Shown in pieces: positions 53,702-62,459 of a DNA stretch of 64,000 nucleotides. Source of the DNA: an uncultured Acidobacteriota bacterium (GTDB lineage: Bacteria; Acidobacteriota; Vicinamibacteria; Vicinamibacterales; 2-12-FULL-66-21); NCBI GenBank assembly GCA_963725145.1, contig CAVRXL010000010.1, positions 986,693 through 1,050,692 on the forward strand, read 5' to 3'. Under the pieces are notes generated by a model. The model was given only the letters and a program-made list of their open reading frames with translations, searched no databases and had not been told where the DNA came from. How positions within the stretch are numbered: position 1 is the first letter of the stretch; every line of letters begins with the position of its first letter. The translations under genes and the position numbers were made by a program.

Positions 53702-55132
53702 ATGAAGAAACAAAGACTCTCCAGCGAAAAGGGTTTTGCGCTGATCTACCTGGCGGTCACCCTGACCTTCCTGCTCGTCATGACGGGTCTTGCCCTCGAC
53801 GGGGGCCGGGCGTACGTGGTGAGAGCCCAGTTGTCGAAAGCCGTCGACGGCGCGGCGCTGGGAGCGGCACGCATGCTCAACAGCGGGAACCCCGTTCAAG
53901 AGGCGACGTCGATTTTCCGGTCGAATTTCCCCACCGGCTGGATGGGGACGACCTCGGTCACCGGACCCGCGGTCAACGTGACCACGGATAACGTGAACGG
54001 CGTCAACATCGTCCACGTGTCGGCGACGGCTGTCCTTCCGACCACGTTCATCTCGCTCGCCAACATCAGTCAGGTCACCGTCGCCGCCGAAGGTGAGGCG
54101 CAGCGCCGGATGGTGGATCTCGTGCTCGCGCTGGACGTCTCGGGCTCAATCGGTTGGCGGTGGCCGTACGTCAGGGATGCCTCCCGGTCGTTCGTCAACG
54201 CGTTCTCGAGAGACTACGATCGCGTGGCACTGGTGTTCTATTCGACCGCAAGCCAGGTCATCGATGCCATGCCGGCGAGCCGCGGCTTCGACAAGCCCAG
54301 GGTCATCGCAGACATTCCGGACGCGCTCCCGGGCGGCAGCACGAACATGGTGATGGGTATTTATCGAGCGTGGGACGAGCTGCGCACCGTTCCCAGCGGC
54401 CAGCAGTCCGGCCTCCGCGTCATCGTGCTGTTCACCGACGGCGCCTCCAACAGCGTGCCCGGGCTCTGGGACGGCTCAGGCACGTCGAAGGGGTACAGAA
54501 GCTCGGACTTCCCGAAGAACAATCCCGACCCCGACAACATGACGTGGGACAATCCGGGCGTCTCGGGGTTGTTTCACACGGAAACTGCCGTGCAGAATCC
54601 GTCGTTCAGCTTCACGCCCTTCTGGAGCGCCACGACGACACACGCGTCGGCGCGCTGGATGCCGGTGCAGAGCTTCCACTCGCAGCGTCGAAGCGCCGGC
54701 ATGCCGTCGTCGTTTCCGCTGCAGTCGGGTGCGATTACCATCAACGGCGTTTCGCAGAGCAATGCCGTTCCCGCCGGGCGTGGATTGCGGAACTTCAACG
54801 CGGCGGCAGGACGCTACCCGGCCGACGTGTGGAACCTCAACAACGCCTCGCGAAACCTGGTGGAAATCATCGCCAACGAAGCGCGAAACGATGCCGACGG
54901 CGACTATCCGATCCGAATCTTCTCGATCGGCATGGGCGAGCTCGTGCAGTACAACCTCGGTACGCGTCGCGAGACGTCCGAGAGCATTCTGATGCGCGTC
55001 GCAAACGATAAGGACTCTCCGGACTTCAACTCGGCGCAGCGCGAGGGCAAGTACTACTTCGCGCGGACGGAAGCTGACGTGGACGCGGCGTTCCAGTCGC
55101 TGCAGGCGCAGATCATCCGCTTGAGCAAGTAA
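53702..55132 (+). CDS. tadG: TadG-like pilus protein with a von Willebrand factor A domain
   Basis: The track ORF starts at the TTG at 53693; I prefer the ATG at 53702, 10 nt after GGAAAGG. TadG N-terminal motif GFALIYLAVTLTFLLVMTGLALDGGRAY. VWA MIDAS motif DLVLALDVSGS...GSTNM...LFTDGASN. Confidence 0.8.
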   Translation: MKKQRLSSEKGFALIYLAVTLTFLLVMTGLALDGGRAYVVRAQLSKAVDGAALGAARMLNSGNPVQEATSIFRSNFPTGWMGTTSVTGPAVNVTTDNVNGVNIVHVSATAVLPTTFISLANISQVTVAAEGEAQRRMVDLVLALDVSGSIGWRWPYVRDASRSFVNAFSRDYDRVALVFYSTASQVIDAMPASRGFDKPRVIADIPDALPGGSTNMVMGIYRAWDELRTVPSGQQSGLRVIVLFTDGASNSVPGLWDGSGTSKGYRSSDFPKNNPDPDNMTWDNPGVSGLFHTETAVQNPSFSFTPFWSATTTHASARWMPVQSFHSQRRSAGMPSSFPLQSGAITINGVSQSNAVPAGRGLRNFNAAAGRYPADVWNLNNASRNLVEIIANEARNDADGDYPIRIFSIGMGELVQYNLGTRRETSESILMRVANDKDSPDFNSAQREGKYYFARTEADVDAAFQSLQAQIIRLSK

Positions 55133-55157
55133 CAGTAATGGCGGCGACGAAACCGTC

Positions 55158-55191
55158 GGCCGGGCCACGGAACTGTAGCTGAGGCCCGGCC
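55158..55191 (+). other. 9-bp-stem hairpin downstream of tadG
   Basis: GGCCGGGCC, a 16-nt loop, then GGCCCGGCC. There is no U tract. Confidence 0.35.
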
Positions 55192-55344
55192 GATTGCTCG
55201 CCCCTCGCAACAGGCAAGCTGTTCTAAATCAATCACTTAACTCACAAAACGCCGCCGGGGGATGGCGGCACAGGCGTTGCGATTCTGTTTTAGCCGCACT
55301 TTGTACGTGCGGCCCCAGTTTCGACAGAACCGGACACTTTTGAC

Positions 55345-56526
55345 ATGGCCCAGCTCGCCGCGCTCATTATTTCGCAGGACGAGGAATTCCGCCGCCAGGC
55401 CACGCAGCTGCTGCGCGCCGGCGGCGTTCCCATCGGCATCGTCGAAGGCCGCGGAGGTGAAAATGCCGCGGCCGACGTCGGTGTCGTAGACGTCCGTTTC
55501 GACCTCGCGTCCGGGCTCGCCGCGATCGAGCGCCTCCGCGCGGGGCACCCCTCCATTGCCATCTTCGCCGTCGCGGCGGAGGCGAATCCGGACGTCATTC
55601 TTCAGGCCATGCGCGCCGGCGCCAACGAGTTCTTCGCCTGGACGGCGAACGACCCGAGCGCGCACCGGACGATGGAAGATTCGTTTCACGGCGCGATCCG
55701 CCGGACGGCGGCGCGCCGCGATGCGGCGCATGCCAGCACGCGCCAACCGTGCGTCACGCACGTCTTCTTCGGCGCCAAGGGCGGCGCGGGGACGACGACC
55801 GTCGCGGTCAACAGCGCCGTCGAGCTGGCTCGTCTGACCAAGAAAGCCACGCTGATGCTCGACCTCAAGCCCTGCGGCGAGGTCGCGCTGTTTCTCGGGG
55901 TCCGCCCGCGGTTCACGATCCTCGACGCGGTCGAGAACCTGCACCGTCTGGACAAGGATTTCCTGAAAGAGCTGATCACGAAGCACAAGTCCGGCCTCGA
56001 CATCCTGGCGGGCGCGGAGCAGTTCGAGCGGCCCAACGCGCAGGACGCCGCGGCGCTCGAGGAGCTGCTGCGCGTCCTCACGAGGATCTACGACTTCATC
56101 GTCGTGGACGCCGGGAACGTCGTGAACGCCTGTGCGCTCGCGGCGCTCTACGGCGCCGACACGCTGTTTCTCGTCACGAATCCGGACCTGCCGTCGGTCC
56201 GCAACGCGCAGCGGTTCGTCGAGCGCGTGCGGCAGCTGGGCGCCGGCGGCGAGCGCATCCGGGTGCTGCTCAACCGCGCATCCGATCAGATCTTGATCGC
56301 GCCGCGCCAGATCGAGACCGCCCTGGGCTACTCGATTCACCACACGTTCTCGAGCGACTACCGCACCGTCTCACAGGCGCTCAACTCGGGTGTGCCGCTC
56401 ACGCTCGCGAATCACTCGGAGATCTCGGAGCAGTTCGGCGCGTTCACACGAAACATGGTCGGCATCAAGGCCGAGCCGGTCGACTCGGCGCCGACGAAGA
56501 AGGCCAGGTTCTTGGGATTGTTGTAG
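55345..56526 (+). CDS. cpaE: CpaE/TadZ: receiver-like N-domain + ParA/MinD-type ATPase
   Basis: Track ORF of 393 aa. Deviant Walker A GAKGGAGTTTVAVN. The receiver-like N-terminus has no obvious acidic pocket. Confidence 0.85.
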   Translation: MAQLAALIISQDEEFRRQATQLLRAGGVPIGIVEGRGGENAAADVGVVDVRFDLASGLAAIERLRAGHPSIAIFAVAAEANPDVILQAMRAGANEFFAWTANDPSAHRTMEDSFHGAIRRTAARRDAAHASTRQPCVTHVFFGAKGGAGTTTVAVNSAVELARLTKKATLMLDLKPCGEVALFLGVRPRFTILDAVENLHRLDKDFLKELITKHKSGLDILAGAEQFERPNAQDAAALEELLRVLTRIYDFIVVDAGNVVNACALAALYGADTLFLVTNPDLPSVRNAQRFVERVRQLGAGGERIRVLLNRASDQILIAPRQIETALGYSIHHTFSSDYRTVSQALNSGVPLTLANHSEISEQFGAFTRNMVGIKAEPVDSAPTKKARFLGLL

Positions 56527-56617
56527 GCGGTGTGGCGGACCTGAGAGGTCCGCCCTCCTTGCGATTGGCAGACAGGTGACGTGGAGCGCGGGCCTCTTAG
56601 GCCCGCGAAGGTAAACG

Positions 56618-57949
56618 ATGGCATATCCGGCACCGACGAATCCTCCGCATCGGCCCAAGCCCGAGGCGCAGCTGCGCCCGCAATATATCGAGCTGAAGGC
56701 CTCGGTTCACAAGAAGCTGCTGAACCGGTTGAACCTCGAGGCGCTCGCGTCCGCCGACCGCTCGCGCGCGGAGAGCGAGATCCGGACGCTGCTCTTCGAG
56801 CTGATCGCCGAGGAAGGCACGCCGCTCAGCATGACGGAGCGCGAGGCGATCCTTGGCGACGTGATCGACGAGGTGTTCGGCCTCGGGCCGCTCGAGCCGC
56901 TGCTGCGCGACCCGACCATCAACGACATCCTGGTCAACACGTTCAAGCAGGTCTACGTCGAGCGGTCCGGCAAGCTCGAGCGGGTCGCGGCCGGCTTCCA
57001 GGACGACAAGCACCTGATGCGCGTGATCGACCGCATCGTGTCGGCGGTCGGCCGGCGCGTCGACGACAGCTCGCCGATGGTCGACGCGCGCCTCCCGGAC
57101 GGCTCGCGCGTCAACGCGATCATCGCGCCGCTCGCGGTGGACGGCCCGCTGCTCTCGATCCGGCGCTTTCCGGCGGAGCGGTTGAAGGGGACGGATCTCG
57201 TCAACCTGCGCGCCATCACGCAGCCGATGCTCGATTTCGTCGAGCACTGCGTCCGTTCGCGCCTGAACGTTCTGGTCAGCGGAGGCACGGGCGCCGGGAA
57301 GACGACGCTGCTCAACGTCATGTCGTCGTTCATCTCCGAGCGCGAACGTATCGTGACGATCGAGGACGCCGCCGAGCTGCAGCTTCACCAGGAGCACGTG
57401 GCGCGGCTCGAGACGCGGCCGCCGAACGTCGAAGGCAAGGGCGCGGTCCGGCAGCGGCAGCTCGTCATCAACGCCCTGCGTATGCGCCCCGACCGCATCA
57501 TCGTCGGCGAGGTTCGAGGCGAGGAAGCGCTCGACATGCTGCAGGCGATGAACACCGGCCACGACGGCTCGCTGACGACGGTCCACGCCAACAGCCCGCG
57601 CGACGCGCTGTCGCGTATCGAAACCATGATCGCGATGGGCGCGACGAACCTGCCGGAGCGCGCGATGCGGCAGCAGATCGCCGCCGCCATCCAGCTCGTC
57701 GTGCAGCAGACGCGAATGAGCGACGGCACGCGCAAGGTCACGACGATTTCGGAGATTACGGGCATGGAAGGTGACGTCATCACCATGCAGGAAATCTTCG
57801 TCTTCGAGAAACTCGGCCTCACGCAGGACGGCAAGGTCGTCGGACGGTTCCGCGCCACCGGCGTGCGTCCCAAATGCTGCGAGCGCCTCAAGGCCTGCGG
57901 CGTCGTCCTTCCCCCGAACATGTTCGAGGGCGTCATGGAGGTTCGCTGA
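56618..57949 (+). CDS. cpaF: CpaF/TadA secretion ATPase
   Basis: Track ORF of 443 aa. Walker [14 protein letters not shown], Walker [12 protein letters not shown], and [16 protein letters not shown]. Confidence 0.92.
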   Translation: MAYPAPTNPPHRPKPEAQLRPQYIELKASVHKKLLNRLNLEALASADRSRAESEIRTLLFELIAEEGTPLSMTEREAILGDVIDEVFGLGPLEPLLRDPTINDILVNTFKQVYVERSGKLERVAAGFQDDKHLMRVIDRIVSAVGRRVDDSSPMVDARLPDGSRVNAIIAPLAVDGPLLSIRRFPAERLKGTDLVNLRAITQPMLDFVEHCVRSRLNVLVSGGTGAGKTTLLNVMSSFISERERIVTIEDAAELQLHQEHVARLETRPPNVEGKGAVRQRQLVINALRMRPDRIIVGEVRGEEALDMLQAMNTGHDGSLTTVHANSPRDALSRIETMIAMGATNLPERAMRQQIAAAIQLVVQQTRMSDGTRKVTTISEITGMEGDVITMQEIFVFEKLGLTQDGKVVGRFRATGVRPKCCERLKACGVVLPPNMFEGVMEVR

Positions 57950-58911
57950 TGGTTCTGCTCGCCTTTCTCTTCGGCGCGGGCGTCGTCATCGCGCTGTTCT
58001 ACGGCTCGACCGGTCTGCCCGAGCAGATGGCGCGCCGCCAGATGCAGGGGCGCATCGACGAGCTCGTGCGCGGTCCGCTCGGCGACGAGGTGGGCTCGAC
58101 GGATCTGATCAAGGGGGACGCCACCGGGATGGTGCCCGTCCTCGACAGAGTCATCGGCCAGACGTCCCGTGGCCTCTCGATGGCGAAGTTCATCGAGCAG
58201 TCGGGCGTGAAAACGACCGTCAGCGGCCTCCTCGTGATGTCGGCCGGGCTCGCGGTCGTCGGCTTCTTCATCGGCGCGATGATGAGCGTGGTCCTGCTCG
58301 TGCGGGTCGTCGTCGCGCTCGTCTTCGCCGCGATTCCGACGGTCATGATCAAGGTCAAGCGCCAGCGCCGCTTCAACAAGTTCGAGGAGCAGTTCCCCGA
58401 AGGGCTCGACCTCATGTCGCGCGCGCTGAAGGCGGGACATGCGTTTTCGACCGGCCTGAAGATGGTGGCGGACGAGATGGAAGACCCGGTCGGTCCCGAG
58501 TTCCGCAAGACGTTCGACGAGCAGAACTTCGGCCTGCCGCTCAAGGACTCGCTGGCGAACCTGATCGAGCGCGTGCCGTTGCTGGATGTCCGCTTCTTCG
58601 CGACGGCGGTCCTCATTCAGCGCGATACCGGCGGCAACCTGGCCGAGATCCTCGAGAACCTCGCGTCGGTCGTCCGCGAGCGCTTCAAGATCCTGCGCCA
58701 GGTGCGGGTGTACACGGCGCACGGGCGGTTCACCGGCTGGGTCCTGCTCGCGCTGCCGGGCGCGCTGGCGGTCGCGCTGGCGTTCATCAATCCGGACCAC
58801 ATGAACCTGCTCTTCCGCGAGCGGATCGGCCAGACGCTGCTCGGCATCGCGGCGGTGATGCAGTTCATCGGCTACATGTGGATTCGCGTGATCATCAAGA
58901 TCGAGGTGTAA
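57949..58911 (+). CDS. tadB: TadB (T2SS-F family inner-membrane platform protein)
   Basis: ATG at 57949 (TGATG junction with cpaF). 320 aa, starting [19 protein letters not shown]. It lies inside track ORF 57874..58911. Confidence 0.85.
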   Translation: MVLLAFLFGAGVVIALFYGSTGLPEQMARRQMQGRIDELVRGPLGDEVGSTDLIKGDATGMVPVLDRVIGQTSRGLSMAKFIEQSGVKTTVSGLLVMSAGLAVVGFFIGAMMSVVLLVRVVVALVFAAIPTVMIKVKRQRRFNKFEEQFPEGLDLMSRALKAGHAFSTGLKMVADEMEDPVGPEFRKTFDEQNFGLPLKDSLANLIERVPLLDVRFFATAVLIQRDTGGNLAEILENLASVVRERFKILRQVRVYTAHGRFTGWVLLALPGALAVALAFINPDHMNLLFRERIGQTLLGIAAVMQFIGYMWIRVIIKIEV

Positions 58912-58912
58912 C

Positions 58913-59827
58913 GTGGCGACGCTGATCCCGCTGCTCGCGTTCGTGTTCGGCATGCTCGTGATCGTCGTGACGGGCATGATGCTGATGGGGGGCCGGACGG
59001 CGGCGATCGATCAGCGGCTCGAGGAGCTGTCCGGTTTCGTCGAGCGCCCCGAGGAGAAGAAGGCCCGCTTCGAGTCGTTCGCCGGCATGATGAAGCGGAT
59101 AGGCGAAAAGGCTCCGCGCTCGGCCAAGGAGCTGGGCACGCTGCGCCTGCGCCTCGTGCAGGCCGGCTTCCGGCGCGAGGAAGCGCTGACGATCTTCTTC
59201 GGCATCCGCGTGTTCCTGGCCGTCGGCCTGTTCCTGCTGTTCTCCATGCCGATCATCTTCCGTCCCAACCTGCTGGCGGCGATGGCCGGCGTGTTCGGCG
59301 GCTACCTGATGCCGGGTATCGTGCTCGCGCGCCTGTCGAAGCGTCGTCAGCACAGGATCCGCTGCTCCCTCGCCGACGCCCTCGACCTGCTCGTCGTCAG
59401 CGTCGAGGCGGGGCTCGGCCTGGACCAGGCGCTGATGCGGGTTGCCGCCGAACTGGAGTTCGCCTATCCCGAGCTCGCCGGCGAGCTGAAGCTGATCAAC
59501 CTCGAGCTGCGCGCCGGTAAGCCGCGCTCCGAGGCGCTGCGCAACCTGGCGGAGCGCACGGGCGTCGACGACCTGAATTCGCTCGTCACGATGCTGATCC
59601 AGACCGACAAGTTCGGCACGAGCGTCGCGCAGTCGCTGCGCGTCTTCTCGGACACGCTGCGGACCAAGCGGCGGCAGCGGGCGGAGGAAGCGGCGGCGAA
59701 GACCGGCGTCAAGATGGTGTTCCCGCTCGTGTTCTGCATCTTCCCGGCAATCTGGGTCGTGACGATCGGCCCGGCGGCGATCAAGTTCATCACCGTCCTG
59801 ATGCCGATCATCGACAACACGAAATGA
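58913..59827 (+). CDS. tadC: TadC (T2SS-F family inner-membrane platform protein)
   Basis: Track ORF of 304 aa with a GTG start 1 nt after the tadB stop. Confidence 0.85.
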   Translation: MATLIPLLAFVFGMLVIVVTGMMLMGGRTAAIDQRLEELSGFVERPEEKKARFESFAGMMKRIGEKAPRSAKELGTLRLRLVQAGFRREEALTIFFGIRVFLAVGLFLLFSMPIIFRPNLLAAMAGVFGGYLMPGIVLARLSKRRQHRIRCSLADALDLLVVSVEAGLGLDQALMRVAAELEFAYPELAGELKLINLELRAGKPRSEALRNLAERTGVDDLNSLVTMLIQTDKFGTSVAQSLRVFSDTLRTKRRQRAEEAAAKTGVKMVFPLVFCIFPAIWVVTIGPAAIKFITVLMPIIDNTK

Positions 59828-60228
59828 CACCGAAGGGGCTGGTCGAGGGGAACGGAAACGGAAACGGACCGATCGTGCTCGCGCGCGACACGGAGACGGG
59901 CCGGCTGCTCGCGGACCGCGTCGCGCTGGCGGTCACGCGCTCGGCCCGGCGCAAGGGGCTGCTCGGCAAGGACGGCCTGGGACGAGGCGAGGCGCTGTGG
60001 ATCGCGCCGTGCCGCGGCGTCCACACCATGGGGATGCGGTTCGCGATCGACGTGGTCGCGCTCGATGGCGATGGCCGCGTGATCGACTGCGTCGAGGACA
60101 TGGCCCCCTGGCGGCTCCGCCTGCCGCGATGGGGCACGGCCGGCGTGCTCGAGCTGGCCGCAGGCACGCTGGCCGCCGCCGGTACCCGTATCGGGCACGT
60201 GATTACGTTCGAGCACCCGAGGAAATAA
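59824..60228 (+). CDS. DUF192 (COG1430) domain protein
   Basis: Track ORF of 134 aa; its start overlaps the tadC stop. DUF192-like core ...GLLGKDGLGRGEALWIAPCRGVHTMGMRFAIDVVALD... Confidence 0.6.
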   Translation: MTPKGLVEGNGNGNGPIVLARDTETGRLLADRVALAVTRSARRKGLLGKDGLGRGEALWIAPCRGVHTMGMRFAIDVVALDGDGRVIDCVEDMAPWRLRLPRWGTAGVLELAAGTLAAAGTRIGHVITFEHPRK

Positions 60229-60298
60229 GGGGACTAGGCACTAGGGACTAGGCACTCAGGACTGGGCACGACGAGGCACGAAGGACGAGGGACGAAGC
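60229..60298. repeat. 7-nt-periodic degenerate repeat tract (RGGSACT x5, transition, ACGARGS x4) filling the DUF192/AAA+ spacer
   Basis: ggggact aggcact agggact aggcact caggact gggcacg acgaggc acgaagg acgaggg acgaagc, then agat ATG. Confidence 0.9.
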
Positions 60299-60302
60299 AG
60301 AT

Positions 60303-61643
60303 ATGTCTTATCCACTGGCAGTTGAGTCACACTCGCGCTTCGGCCCGCCGCCTCCGGCGCCGCCGAACTCGCTCGCCGACTCCGGATTGCGGTCGGACCA
60401 GGCCTCGGAGCTGCTGCTCAAGACGCTCATCACCGGCGAGCAGTCGGGCACCTCGCTCTCCGACCGCATGTGCCTGCCGTACTCGATCCTCGAGGGGCTC
60501 CTGGAGCACGCGCGCGTCGAGAAGCTCGTCGAAGTCCGGGGCGCGGCAGGGACCGGCAGCGCCGGGTATCGCTACGCGCTCACCGATCTCGGCCGCGATC
60601 GCGCCGGGCACTTCCTCGATCTGTCGCGGTACATCGGGCCCGCGCCCGTGCCGCTCGCGCAGTACATCGCCTACATGCGCGCGCTGACGGGCGGTCGCGG
60701 CTATCTCGATCGCGATCGGCTGGTCAGCGGTTTCACGCACCTCATCGTCGGCGGCGACATGCTCGAGCAGCTCGGCCCGGCGGTGAACTCCAACAAGTCG
60801 CTCTTCATCTACGGTCCTCCGGGCAACGGCAAGACGGTGGTCGCCGAGGGGATCGGCCGGGCGCTTGGCGGCGAGATCTTCATCCCGTACGCCATCGACG
60901 TCGACGGCCAGATCATCACGATGTTCGATCCGGTCAACCACCTTCGGGCGGACAGCGCCGCCAGCTCCCAGACGATCGTCGCCGGCATCGGCCACGACCG
61001 GCGCTGGGAGAAGATCCGCCGGCCGGTCGTCACCGTCGGCGGCGAGCTGACCCTCGAGATGCTCGACCTTACGTTCAACCCGATCGCGCGGTTCTACGAG
61101 GCGCCGATCCAGCTCAAGGCGAACGGCGGCGTGTTCGTCGTGGACGACTTCGGCCGCCAGCGGATTCCCGCGCGCGATCTGCTCAACCGCTGGATCGTGC
61201 CGCTCGAGAGCCGCGTCGACTACCTCACGCTGCACACGGGGCGGAAGTTCGAGGTGCCGTTCGACGTGCTCGTCGTCTTCGCCACCAACTTGAAGCCCGA
61301 GACGCTCGCGGACGAAGCGTTTCTGCGCCGCATCCCGTACAAGATCTACGCCCGGAATCCTACGGTCGACGAGTTCACGAGGATCTGGGAGCTGAATTGC
61401 CGGCGGAAGAGCCTTGCGTTCGAGCCCAAAGTCATCGAGTACCTCGTGCGGAAGTACTATCAGCCGCGCGGCCTCCAGCTTCGCGCCTGCCACCCGCGCG
61501 ACCTGATCGAGCAGGTGGTCGACCGCTGCCGCTTCGAGGGCAAGCCCGCCGCCATCTCGCGCGAGCTGCTCGACGCCGCCTGCGCCAGCTACTTCATCGA
61601 CGAGCAGGCGAGCGAGCGCGCCGCCGCCGAAGGGATGCGGTGA
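60303..61643 (+). CDS. AAA+ ATPase of unknown function
   Basis: Track ORF of 446 aa. Walker A GPPGNGKT, Walker B GVFVVDDFGRQ, conserved LNRWIVPLE...FLRRIPYKI. The N-terminal ~150 aa are unassigned. Confidence 0.75.
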   Translation: MSYPLAVESHSRFGPPPPAPPNSLADSGLRSDQASELLLKTLITGEQSGTSLSDRMCLPYSILEGLLEHARVEKLVEVRGAAGTGSAGYRYALTDLGRDRAGHFLDLSRYIGPAPVPLAQYIAYMRALTGGRGYLDRDRLVSGFTHLIVGGDMLEQLGPAVNSNKSLFIYGPPGNGKTVVAEGIGRALGGEIFIPYAIDVDGQIITMFDPVNHLRADSAASSQTIVAGIGHDRRWEKIRRPVVTVGGELTLEMLDLTFNPIARFYEAPIQLKANGGVFVVDDFGRQRIPARDLLNRWIVPLESRVDYLTLHTGRKFEVPFDVLVVFATNLKPETLADEAFLRRIPYKIYARNPTVDEFTRIWELNCRRKSLAFEPKVIEYLVRKYYQPRGLQLRACHPRDLIEQVVDRCRFEGKPAAISRELLDAACASYFIDEQASERAAAEGMR

Positions 61644-61644
61644 G

Positions 61645-62382
61645 ATGACTGTCCGGTCTGCCGCCGCCGCCCTCAGACCGTTTCTCCCGCGCGAATGGTC
61701 CGTGCGCGTGGGCGTTCCACGCACCGCGGATGGTCCGAGCCTCGATGCCGCGCCGGACGCCCGGGGCGAGTCCAGAGGCGCCGACCTCGCGGACGCGCTC
61801 GGCCGCCTCGTCATCGTCGTCCTGTTCTCGCTGCTTGCGGTGCGGATGGGGCGCGACTTCCTGGAGACGGCGCGACTCACCGGGCTCCTTCTGCTCACTG
61901 GTGAGCTGCTCGTCGTCGCGCTGACCGTTCTGCGGCGTCCCGCGATGTTCGTGAACCGCAGCTGGCGCGCGCGGCTGCTGACCGGCTGCTCGCTCGTCGG
62001 GCCGCCGCTCGTCGCGCCCGTGACCGCGGCCGGACTGGTCGGCGACGCCGTTACCGCCATGATCTCGGCGGGAGGCCTTCTCATCACGATTGCCGGCAAG
62101 GTCGCTCTCGGCCGCAGTTTCGGCCTCATGCCGGCCAACCGTGGCATCGTCTCCACCGGCCTCTATCGAGCCGTGCGGCATCCCATCTACGCCGGCTACC
62201 TCTTGACGCACCTGGCCTTTCTGATCGCGCACCCGTCGCCCTGGAACATCGCCGTTCTCATCATCGCGGACGCCGCTCTCCTCGCGCGCGCCGTCTGCGA
62301 GGAAAAGACGCTGGCTCGCGATCCTCAATACGTCAGCTACCTGGAGAAAGTCCGCTGGCGGGTGTTGCCGGGCGTTTTCTAG
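61645..62382 (+). CDS. ICMT/PEMT-family membrane methyltransferase
   Basis: Track ORF of 245 aa. Hydrophobic helices plus the family motif GLYRAVRHPIYAGYLL...EEKTL. Confidence 0.7.
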   Translation: MTVRSAAAALRPFLPREWSVRVGVPRTADGPSLDAAPDARGESRGADLADALGRLVIVVLFSLLAVRMGRDFLETARLTGLLLLTGELLVVALTVLRRPAMFVNRSWRARLLTGCSLVGPPLVAPVTAAGLVGDAVTAMISAGGLLITIAGKVALGRSFGLMPANRGIVSTGLYRAVRHPIYAGYLLTHLAFLIAHPSPWNIAVLIIADAALLARAVCEEKTLARDPQYVSYLEKVRWRVLPGVF

Positions 62383-62459
62383 ACACGTCGGCTGTCGCGG
62401 ACCGAAGCCCGTCCCGCACGCAAGCGGCCTCCCTCCTGCTGAGGGTTGCCCTCGCCGCT

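Noticed and set aside
49178-62328. Long minus-strand ORFs over the Tad locus and downstream genes (49178..50713, 50343..51827, 55237..56343, 56597..57586, 57385..58977, 58895..59830, 60327..62156).
   Set aside because: All are antisense to plus-strand genes that carry unambiguous Tad, AAA+ or ICMT motifs, and their translations are Arg/Asp/His-rich junk.
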